Source: an uncultured bacterium (lineage in GTDB: Bacteria; CSSED10-310; CAZUFC01). Taken from it: a stretch of 13,294 bases of DNA. The notes below the pieces were generated by a model. It ran no database searches, was not told the origin of the DNA, and was given only the letters and a program-made list of their open reading frames with translations. The translations under genes and the position numbers were made by a program. Numbering within the stretch: the stretch's first letter is position 1; each line of letters opens with the position of its first letter. Positions 1-7,454 of this stretch are shown in pieces. The DNA is taken from assembly GCA_964619725.1 (NCBI GenBank), contig CAZUFC010000183.1, positions 1 to 13,294 on the forward strand. The letters are read 5' to 3'.

Positions 1-77
1 CCTCATGCCTTGCCGTGGAAAAAAATTGCCCTGAGCATGCTTACCGGAAGGACACAAATAATATCTCATCATTTTGT

Positions 78-173
78 TTCGATTGCGATCCCGATCCCGA
101 TCCCGATACCAATCCCGATCCCGATCCCGATCCCGATACCGACCCCAACCTCGACCCCGATCCCGGCCCCGAT
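78..173. repeat. Degenerate hexamer tandem repeat (CCCGAT)n, 16 units
   Basis: Units read directly: TTCGAT TGCGAT (CCCGAT)3 ACCAAT (CCCGAT)4 ACCGAC CCCAAC CTCGAC CCCGAT CCCGGC CCCGAT. This explains the PIPIPIP ORF at 10..222. Confidence 0.95.
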
Positions 174-267
174 TACTGAAACAACTGTCGAAAGTTTTGG
201 AAGAAGTGTAACCGCTGTTTGATCAGCCCCTAAAATTGCCGATCAATGCCGTACCAGACGACATCCT

Positions 268-296
268 TCGGTATCGGGTTCGTTATCGCAATCGAA
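268..296 (-). repeat. Inverted partial copy of the hexamer tract start
   Basis: The reverse complement of 268-296 is TTCGATTGCGATAACGAACCCGATACCGA, versus 78-106 TTCGATTGCGATCCCGATCCCGATCCCGA. That is 25/29 identical, with the first 12 nt perfect. Confidence 0.8.
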
Positions 297-534
297 GGTT
301 GTCATTCCTGTTCGCTGTATCATATTCTCGTGATCGATATCATAACGCATCCCGCGAAAGCGGCAGCATTTCCGCCATTTCGATCCGAATTCCGGATCAT
401 ACATAACCAATCGGGGTCATGCTTTTTGAACCGATGTTAAACTTTACTCGGAAATCCAGCGGGAATTGATCGCTCACACTGCGATCCGGACTTCACCGCC
501 CCGCTTATCCAGCGCCGGCTCTGGGAAACATATC

Positions 535-563
535 TTGACTTGCATATTGACATTTCAGATAAT
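535..563 (+). promoter_or_regulatory. Putative sigma70 promoter for the csm operon
   Basis: TTGACT (535-540), 17 nt, GATAAT (558-563). An overlapping alternative is TTGACA (547-552), 17 nt, TATTAA (570-575). The perfect palindrome TCAGAT-A-ATCTGA (555-567) overlaps the -10. Consensus match only. Confidence 0.5.
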
Positions 564-865
564 CTGATTTATTAAATGATAGTCATTTCATGACGATTTT
601 GGTTTTGGGCTGGTGCAGAATTTTTTTTACTCTTGGGCATGTCGGATTTTCGGATAAACATAATGAAGACTGTCGGCATTACGTCGGATACGGATTTATA
701 CAGGAGAGCGCGATTTTGTTAATGCATAATAATCGGAAAAAAGCGGGATATAATTTGTTTAGTGATATTTCAGGATTTCCGTGATGAGCTGACGATTTAC
801 CGTTTTCTTCGGCGTAATTATTGGGAAGCGGTTATGATGCAAAATATTCACAAAGGAAAGGCGGG

Positions 866-3439
866 ATGATGAAGGAGGAAAAGAGTTTGATCACTCTGGC
901 CGCGCTTTTGCACGATATAGGCAAATTCATGCAGCGGGCGGAAGTGACCTGTCGTAAGTTTAACGACGAGAATGAGATGCAGCAGTACTGCCGTTATCAT
1001 TCGTGCAAGAACATTTATACGCATAAGCATGCTTTATGGACGGCGCAGTTCATGGAAGACAGCCGTTACATATTGCCTGATCATCCGAATGTATTTGATT
1101 CCCTGGAGGAAAACCTGACGAACTTTGCGGCCAGGCATCATAAACCGGCGACGGAGCTGGACAGGATAATATCGAAGGCTGACCGGCTTTCTTCGGGTAT
1201 GGACAGGAAGGACAAGGAAGAGGAAGCGGAAATAAAAAGATGGGATGCCTTCAAGCGTATACCTTTGAATCCTCTTCTGGAGGAGATAAACCTGAATGAT
1301 GAAAGAAAGAGTTCAGGGCATCGCATAGATTTAAAGGCAATGGCTTTGGACGGCGAATCCGTGTTTCCTGTCAGCAGGGAAGCGCTGCCTGAAGTATCTC
1401 CCGTCAAGTATGCCGAATTATGGGAGCGTTTCCAGGAGGAGTTTGAGAAGCTGAAGGGGATGAAACTTTATCCGTTCGTCGAGACGTTGAATCATCTTCT
1501 GGAGAAGTATACGTGGTGTATTCCCTCATCCACCATGGATTTGCCGGATATTCCGCTTTACGATCACGCCAAGACGACGGCTGCGATAGCGGCCTGTCTT
1601 TACGATTATCACCGGTCGCCTGATGCGTTGAGGATCGGTTCAGAAGGGTACAACGACGTTCAGCAGTTTCTGCTCGTGTGCGGAGACATCAGCGGCATAC
1701 AGAATTTTATATATACAATCACGTCGGAACAGGCGGCGAAAAGTCTGAAAGGCCGGTCATTTTTACTCCAACTGATAACGGATGCCGCTGCACAGCTCAT
1801 ATTGAATCGAACGGGATATCACTCGACCAATCTGCTTTACTCGGGCGGCGGCCGTTTTTACCTTCTGGTGTCGAAAAATCAGAAGAACGTTGATGTGCTG
1901 GAGAAAACATGTGAGGAAATAAACAGGAATCTCTATGAGCGATACGGAATTGCGCTGTTCCTGGCGGTGGGATGGAGCTGCATGTCTTCCAGCGATCTGA
2001 TGTTGAAAAGCGGCAATTTGCCGGAAAGATGGGGTGAAGCGGCCCGTAAAGCCAACGAAGAAAAGCGGCGGAAATTCGTAAACCTGAAATATGAAGAGCT
2101 TTTTGAGCCGGAAGGGGAAGGAGGTATTGAATACGCTTGTGAAATATGCCGCAGTGAAAAGGAAGTAACGGTTAAAAGGAAGGATGATTCAGAAATAAAA
2201 CTTTGCGTTTATTGCAATCAGGCCGTTGACATCGGCGCTATGCTGTCGAGGACCCGCTTCATAGCTCAGGTCTACGGCGATCACAACAGGCTGCCCGCCG
2301 TCCCCGGTTTGTTGCCCGTCGCAATTCCCGTTCCCGGCATGCATTACTTTATGAGTTCCGGGGTGACTCCTTTGTCGAGACTTGATGCGGAGCAGACGAC
2401 TATTTACGCCGTCAATGATACCGAATTTATGCAGCATGATTATTCTAACAAAACTCACGCTTTCGGCTTCAAATTTGAAGGCGGGGCGGGTTTTACAAGG
2501 GACGAGACCGGCAGGATACCTGATTTCAATAATATGATCGAGCAGTCCGCCGGGTTGCAACGGCTGGGCGTCCTCAGAATGGATGTGGATAACCTGGGCC
2601 AGGTTTTCAAAAAAGGATTCGGACAATCGGCATCCATTTCTCGCATCACGGGGCTAAGCCGTAATATTTCCCTGTTTTTCAGCGGCTGTATTAACCGCCT
2701 ATGCAGGAATGAACCTTATAAGGGAAAAACGCTGATAATTTATTCCGGCGGAGATGATCTTTTTATCGTGGGCGCCTGGAGCAGCATTCCTGAACTGGCC
2801 GCACAGATAAAAACTGAATTTTCACGATACTGCTGCGGCAACAGCGATATGACGCTTTCAGGAGGAATAGCCCTGATTGGAAAGAAATACCCCATATACC
2901 GAGGTGCCGTCCATGCCGGCGAAGCTGAAGAAAAAGCCAAGCAGTATGAAATAATCATAAAAGGACGAACGCTCAGGAAGAACGCTCTGACCTTCCTGGG
3001 AAAATCTCTGAATCCCGATGATTTTGAAATAGCAGCACAAATAAAGAACATGCTGCACGAATGCATGAAATCGCCTCAAAACGCAGACACCGGGGCTTCT
3101 CACAGAAATCAGAAACGGAAACTCATGCCCGCCTCCATTCTCAATCGCCTCAGAAATATCTATCTCCTCTACATGCAGAACAAAACGCATTGGATTGACA
3201 AAGCCCACGACATCGAAGAAATAAAGGAAAAAGTGGAATACAACAAATGGGTCTGGCGTATGGTCTACTCACTCAACAGGGCCCTTAAAGAGAATCCGGC
3301 TTATTCAGAGAAAATAACAGGAGTTCTGGAAGCTCTCCAGAACAATAAGTTGAACGGCAAGGAGTCAAAAGAAAAAATTATAGAGTTTATCGACGTTCCC
3401 GTCAGATGGACGGAATTTTTATTGAGAAAACAGAAATGA
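866..3439 (+). CDS. cas10: Type III-A Cas10/Csm1 (HD nuclease + Palm cyclase/polymerase)
   Basis: N-terminal LAALLHDIGKF (HD domain), ADRLSSG, DIPLYDHAKTTAAIA, GDISGIQNFIY, KSLKGRSF, CxxC...CxxC Zn finger, LRMDVDNLG and intact YSGGDDLF (GGDD at 2747-2758). Start placed at ATG 866 (or 869) after purine-rich AAAGGAAAGG, rather than the TTG at 821. Confidence 0.97.
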   Translation: MMKEEKSLITLAALLHDIGKFMQRAEVTCRKFNDENEMQQYCRYHSCKNIYTHKHALWTAQFMEDSRYILPDHPNVFDSLEENLTNFAARHHKPATELDRIISKADRLSSGMDRKDKEEEAEIKRWDAFKRIPLNPLLEEINLNDERKSSGHRIDLKAMALDGESVFPVSREALPEVSPVKYAELWERFQEEFEKLKGMKLYPFVETLNHLLEKYTWCIPSSTMDLPDIPLYDHAKTTAAIAACLYDYHRSPDALRIGSEGYNDVQQFLLVCGDISGIQNFIYTITSEQAAKSLKGRSFLLQLITDAAAQLILNRTGYHSTNLLYSGGGRFYLLVSKNQKNVDVLEKTCEEINRNLYERYGIALFLAVGWSCMSSSDLMLKSGNLPERWGEAARKANEEKRRKFVNLKYEELFEPEGEGGIEYACEICRSEKEVTVKRKDDSEIKLCVYCNQAVDIGAMLSRTRFIAQVYGDHNRLPAVPGLLPVAIPVPGMHYFMSSGVTPLSRLDAEQTTIYAVNDTEFMQHDYSNKTHAFGFKFEGGAGFTRDETGRIPDFNNMIEQSAGLQRLGVLRMDVDNLGQVFKKGFGQSASISRITGLSRNISLFFSGCINRLCRNEPYKGKTLIIYSGGDDLFIVGAWSSIPELAAQIKTEFSRYCCGNSDMTLSGGIALIGKKYPIYRGAVHAGEAEEKAKQYEIIIKGRTLRKNALTFLGKSLNPDDFEIAAQIKNMLHECMKSPQNADTGASHRNQKRKLMPASILNRLRNIYLLYMQNKTHWIDKAHDIEEIKEKVEYNKWVWRMVYSLNRALKENPAYSEKITGVLEALQNNKLNGKESKEKIIEFIDVPVRWTEFLLRKQK

Positions 3440-3459
3440 GTGGGAAAGGAGTTTTTTTT

Positions 3460-3831
3460 ATGAATGGTGACCAACGGATACATGCTGTTGTAAACGGCGA
3501 TACGAAACAGATGGTCCAGTACGCTGAAGAGCTGGGATTACAATTAAAAAGAGAGAATCTTTCCACTTCCCAGATCAGAAACGTATTTGAATCGGTTAAA
3601 AAAATGGAAATGAAAAAATTTGATCCGAACGAACTGATGCTTTTAAAGCCCAAACTCGCTTATTCAGCGGCCAGGCCCGGGGCTAAAAGGGGCGCCAGGA
3701 CATTAAGAGAAATTTTGTCTAAAGCCATTGATTACGTAGGAGACGACGAAGAAAAATTCGGTAATTTCTGTGATTTCTTTGAAGCCATATTAGCTTATCA
3801 TAGAGCGGCGGAAAAAAGAGTGATCGGATAA
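3460..3831 (+). CDS. csm2: Type III-A small subunit Csm2 (Cas11)
   Basis: Csm2 motifs TSQIRNVF, LKPKLAYSAAR and FCDFFEAILAYHR, positioned right after cas10. AAGGAG (3446-3451) lies 8 nt before ATG 3460. The alternative ATG at 3436 overlaps the cas10 stop. Confidence 0.93.
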   Translation: MNGDQRIHAVVNGDTKQMVQYAEELGLQLKRENLSTSQIRNVFESVKKMEMKKFDPNELMLLKPKLAYSAARPGAKRGARTLREILSKAIDYVGDDEEKFGNFCDFFEAILAYHRAAEKRVIG

Positions 3832-3845
3832 AGGAGGTATTGGTA

Positions 3846-4667
3846 ATGAATGCAGATAATGAAATATATTACAAGCTGGAAAAGAAGGTATTCATAAACG
3901 GAACGATCGATGCCGTAACGGGCATTTCGGTGGGCGGAAGCAGCATAGGGCTGGAAATAGGCGGTGCGGACAAGACGGTGGTCCGGAATCCGATAACCAA
4001 TGAACCTTACATTCCCGGTTCCTCCATCAAAGGCAAAATGAGATCGCTGATGGAAAAGCTCCATAACAGGATATCCATAACAGTTCAGGGCGCAGGCAAA
4101 GAGATGAATACTCATGACATAGACGAGGAGGAATTGAAAGTTGAACTGAAGGATAAAAATTTCAAAGATATATCGGCGAAACCGTGCAAGTGCGGAAAGT
4201 GCCCTGTCTGCAAAATATTCGGAGTGGCGGCAGAAGACGAAGGTTCGCCCGCGCGGCTTCTGGTTCGCGATGCGGAGTTGACGGAAGAGAGCAGAGAAAG
4301 GCTTTTAAGAAGCAAGCATACTGATATGCCTTTTTCAGAAGTCAAGACGGAAGTGGTTATAGATCGTATCACCTCTGCAGCCACTCCCCGGAATTTTGAG
4401 CGTGTGCCGGCGGGTACGAAGTTTAACCTGAAACTTGTTTGCAATCTTTATGAAGGAGATAATGCAGATGAAATTTTAAAAAACGTTTTTCAGGGATTGC
4501 GGCTGCTCCAGGACGACTACCTGGGCGGCAGCGGCACACGCGGATACGGACAGGTGAAATTCAACGTTTCCGAGCTGAAATACAAGGACAAAGATTGTTA
4601 TGAGAAAGACGAATCAGCTAAGGATTACAATGGCGCCGAATCCGTTCCCGACGAACTGAAGGGATGA
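3846..4667 (+). CDS. csm3: Type III-A RAMP Csm3 (Cas7 backbone RNase)
   Basis: TGISVGG, IGGADKTVVRNP (catalytic Asp present), PYIPGSSIKGKMRSL, CxCxxCxxCxIFG Zn site, EVKTEVVIDR, PRNFERVPAG and G-rich loop YLGGSGTRGYG. AGGAGG (3832-3837) lies 8 nt before ATG 3846. Confidence 0.96.
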   Translation: MNADNEIYYKLEKKVFINGTIDAVTGISVGGSSIGLEIGGADKTVVRNPITNEPYIPGSSIKGKMRSLMEKLHNRISITVQGAGKEMNTHDIDEEELKVELKDKNFKDISAKPCKCGKCPVCKIFGVAAEDEGSPARLLVRDAELTEESRERLLRSKHTDMPFSEVKTEVVIDRITSAATPRNFERVPAGTKFNLKLVCNLYEGDNADEILKNVFQGLRLLQDDYLGGSGTRGYGQVKFNVSELKYKDKDCYEKDESAKDYNGAESVPDELKG

Positions 4668-4671
4668 AAGT

Positions 4672-5697
4672 ATGAACTTTTCAGCCTACAGACTGAGGTT
4701 TAAAGCGCCGCTTCACATCGATGCTCAGGGGATCGGGCATGAGGAAACGGAGATTATGGTTCATTCTGATACTCTTTTCAGCGCATTGATGTGTTTGTGG
4801 AGAAATTTTTATGATGATGATATCGAGGCATTATGTGAATCGCCGCGTTTTCATCTGTCTTCGGCATTTCCCTATGCCGGCGAGGCTAGTTTTTTTCCGT
4901 CTCCCATGTGTCGTCTGTTGCCGGATAAGACGGGGGATAAGTATCCGGAAATAGGTAAAAAACTGAAGAAAATGAAATTCATATCGCGGTCGCTGTTTGA
5001 AAAGACGCTGAACGGAGAAAAATGGAATTATGAGGACACGGAAACCTTGCAGGACGGCCTGTTCTGGAGGCACCAGGACGAACGGAGCTGGAAGAAGGAA
5101 TTTATCTTCCGTAAGCAGGAAATTCCGCGAATAGCTGTGGACCGGTGGAAACAGTCCACTGAGATTTTTTATTTTTCCAGGGTTCATTTTGCTGTCGATG
5201 CCGGCTTGTTTTTTCTTGTTCGATTCGATGATGATGCAATTAAAAGGAAATTCGAAACAGTGCTGAGATTATTAGGAGATGAAGGTCTGGGAGGCGACAA
5301 GAATGCCGGTCACGGGCAATTCGAACCGGAAGAATGGGAGGGGTTTGAATTAAAAACGCCGGAAAATGGGGATTATTTCATTACTTTGTCTTTGTACCAT
5401 CCGAAAAAGGAAGAATTCGGCAGAGATGTTCGAATGAATTCCAGTTACGGCATCGTGTCGCGTCAGGGACGGCTGCATCCGAGAGGCCTGGGTATGCTGC
5501 GAAGAAAAGAGGTCAACATGCTCATCGCAGGTTCCGTCATTCAGTATCCCGCGGAAAATGCGAACGGAAAATTGGGGGACTGCTGTATGGTTCTGGAAAA
5601 AGATTCCCATGAAAAACTGAAACATAACGTTTACCGGTACGGATACGCTTTCGATTTACCCATCATTATAAGGGAGCCGGACAATGACGAAAAATAA
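4672..5697 (+). CDS. csm4: Type III-A RAMP Csm4 (Cas5 family)
   Basis: PLH, HSDTLFSAL, LSSAFPY, LGDEGLGGDKNAGHGQF, TLSLYHP and HNVYRYGYAF motifs, in the canonical position after csm3. Confidence 0.95.
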   Translation: MNFSAYRLRFKAPLHIDAQGIGHEETEIMVHSDTLFSALMCLWRNFYDDDIEALCESPRFHLSSAFPYAGEASFFPSPMCRLLPDKTGDKYPEIGKKLKKMKFISRSLFEKTLNGEKWNYEDTETLQDGLFWRHQDERSWKKEFIFRKQEIPRIAVDRWKQSTEIFYFSRVHFAVDAGLFFLVRFDDDAIKRKFETVLRLLGDEGLGGDKNAGHGQFEPEEWEGFELKTPENGDYFITLSLYHPKKEEFGRDVRMNSSYGIVSRQGRLHPRGLGMLRRKEVNMLIAGSVIQYPAENANGKLGDCCMVLEKDSHEKLKHNVYRYGYAFDLPIIIREPDNDEK

Positions 5698-7306
5698 CAG
5701 CACAGTTTATGAATACAGACTCCTGACTCCTGTCCACGTCGGTTCGGGAAACAAATTGAGCGTCATCGATATGGTGTGCGAGGCGAAGCAATGTACGGTA
5801 ATCGATATGGATGCTTTGTTTGAAAGACTCAAACATAATACGTCAGCGTTCAATGAAATGAGCGCCCGGGGATTCAATATATCTGATTTTCTCGGCAGGC
5901 AAAGAATTAAGCCGCAGGACGTATGCCGTTATACCATTAATAATCCTGAATCGGTCAGGCTCAGAGAACGAACGGAAATACTCGAAATGATGAAAACGGG
6001 AATGGGCGCCCCCATTATTCCCGGGTCTTCCATCAAGGGCGCTCTCAGGACCGCCATACTTCACAGACTATGGGAGGAGATGGATGATCGCGAAACTTCC
6101 GCCGTGATTCGGCAAGTCATGAATTCACGAAACAAAAAGGAACGCGCCGCTGAAAAATTGAATGAATTTGTTTTCGGTAAAACGCCAAATGAAGACTTCA
6201 TGCGCGCATTACAAGTGGGAGATGCTCAATTCAATACGTCCGAGATGGTTTTAACCGATTCGGTCATTCTGAATGCCGTGCAAATCGGCGGTCATATGTG
6301 GAAAAAATGGGGAAAATCGAACACCGCCGATCCACGACAGGCCATGCATGTGTATTGCGAAGCGCTGAGAACCGACGCGAATGCATACGGCAAAATAAAT
6401 ATCGATGAATCGCTCATCAAAAACGAACCGGCTGCCGCTGCGCTCGGATTCGCCGATAAAAAAGATGTTTTCGATGACTTGAGTTCCCTATGCAACAGCT
6501 TCGCTTTGAATCACATTCAGGAAGAGAGAGTTTTCTTCGAACAATGCGGAATGAATTCCATGGCTCAATTTTACACTAACCTTCAAAAGAAAATAAGCAA
6601 CAACGGCGCTTTCCTTCTGCAATTGGGATGGGGAACAGGTTGGCGCTCCATGACCGGTAACTTTCTGGACAGGGATACGCTGAACAATCTGAGAGAAAAT
6701 TTCCATTTCGGCCTGGCCAAATGCCCCCAATGCAACGGATTTCTTAAGCCCGACAGGAGAAACAGAGGCGAGTCCTTCTGTGGAAGATGCCGGTGTAACT
6801 ACCCCACCAGGGACCTGATATATCCGAACTTTCCCAAAACGAGAAAACTGATCCTCCAGAGAGGCAAACCCTCCTGCCCCTTCGGCTGGATAGAAATAAG
6901 AAAAACAAATAAAGTTACCGTTCCCATGACTGTCGTTGAAGTAAAAAAAGAAAAAATAGAAAAAACCGCGCCTGAACCGCCGCCTAAACCGCCGAAACCG
7001 CCGGAACCCCCGCGCTCCGAATTCATGAGGAAATTTGAGGAATTTGCCCTGAGGCCCAGTCCGGATAAATTCGGCCTCTTCATTAAAGAAATTAAAACAG
7101 AAGAGATTGCAGAGTTGAAGGAAGTTTCATTCAAAAAAGCCGCCAATATAAATATTGGATTCGCTCCGGTATTGATTGAAGCGGATATTGAACCGGAAAT
7201 GAAAAAATTACTGGCTGAAAAACTGCTTGAGGTGATTAAAATAGGCAAAAAGTGGAAAGGGCGTAAACTGGAAAATTATCGGAAATTGAAGGAGTTATTG
7301 AGATAA
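5684..7306 (+). CDS. csm5: Type III-A RAMP Csm5 with Zn-ribbon insertion and C-terminal extension
   Basis: LTPVHVGSG, PIIPGSSIKGALRTA, DFMRALQVGD, LQLGWGTGWRSMTG, FPKTRKL and PFGWIE motifs. It overlaps the csm4 end and has AGGGAG upstream. At 540 aa it is longer than a typical Csm5. Confidence 0.92.
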   Translation: MTKNNSTVYEYRLLTPVHVGSGNKLSVIDMVCEAKQCTVIDMDALFERLKHNTSAFNEMSARGFNISDFLGRQRIKPQDVCRYTINNPESVRLRERTEILEMMKTGMGAPIIPGSSIKGALRTAILHRLWEEMDDRETSAVIRQVMNSRNKKERAAEKLNEFVFGKTPNEDFMRALQVGDAQFNTSEMVLTDSVILNAVQIGGHMWKKWGKSNTADPRQAMHVYCEALRTDANAYGKINIDESLIKNEPAAAALGFADKKDVFDDLSSLCNSFALNHIQEERVFFEQCGMNSMAQFYTNLQKKISNNGAFLLQLGWGTGWRSMTGNFLDRDTLNNLRENFHFGLAKCPQCNGFLKPDRRNRGESFCGRCRCNYPTRDLIYPNFPKTRKLILQRGKPSCPFGWIEIRKTNKVTVPMTVVEVKKEKIEKTAPEPPPKPPKPPEPPRSEFMRKFEEFALRPSPDKFGLFIKEIKTEEIAELKEVSFKKAANINIGFAPVLIEADIEPEMKKLLAEKLLEVIKIGKKWKGRKLENYRKLKELLR

Positions 7307-7454
7307 ATGCGGCAAAATTAGCATTGATTAATGTTAAACAATAAGACAAGATCAGATGAATTTCGGAACAAGGAATATATATTTCCGGAATCCTGCCAGG
7401 CTGGACTATTTCATGTGCAGCTCTGCATAACAAGAGTTCTGAAAGGAGAATATT

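Noticed and set aside
1-72. Possible divergent gene start on the - strand (MMRYYLCPSGKHAQGNFF...) running off the window edge
   Set aside because: Only 24 codons are visible, with no clear RBS or family motif, so it cannot be supported.
10-222. 70-aa ORF with PIPIPIP run
   Set aside because: It has a TTG start and no RBS. The low complexity is simply the translation of the CCCGAT hexamer tract.
352-363. CCGC-GAAA-GCGG tetraloop hairpin suggesting a riboswitch or ncRNA
   Set aside because: The stem is only 4 bp and the surrounding sequence does not match any riboswitch consensus I can recognise.
246-784. Short + strand ORFs 246..440 and 590..784
   Set aside because: No recognisable motifs or RBS. 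They lie in the repeat- and promoter-containing upstream region.
821-865. TTG-initiated N-terminal extension of cas10, and likewise the 3406 start for csm2 and 3840 start for csm3
   Set aside because: Better ATG starts with SD-like sequences lie at 866/869, 3460 and 3846.
3452-3459. T8 run as a phase-variation switch in csm2
   Set aside because: With the likely start at 3460 it lies in the SD-ATG spacer rather than the coding frame, and there is no evidence of variation from a single sequence.
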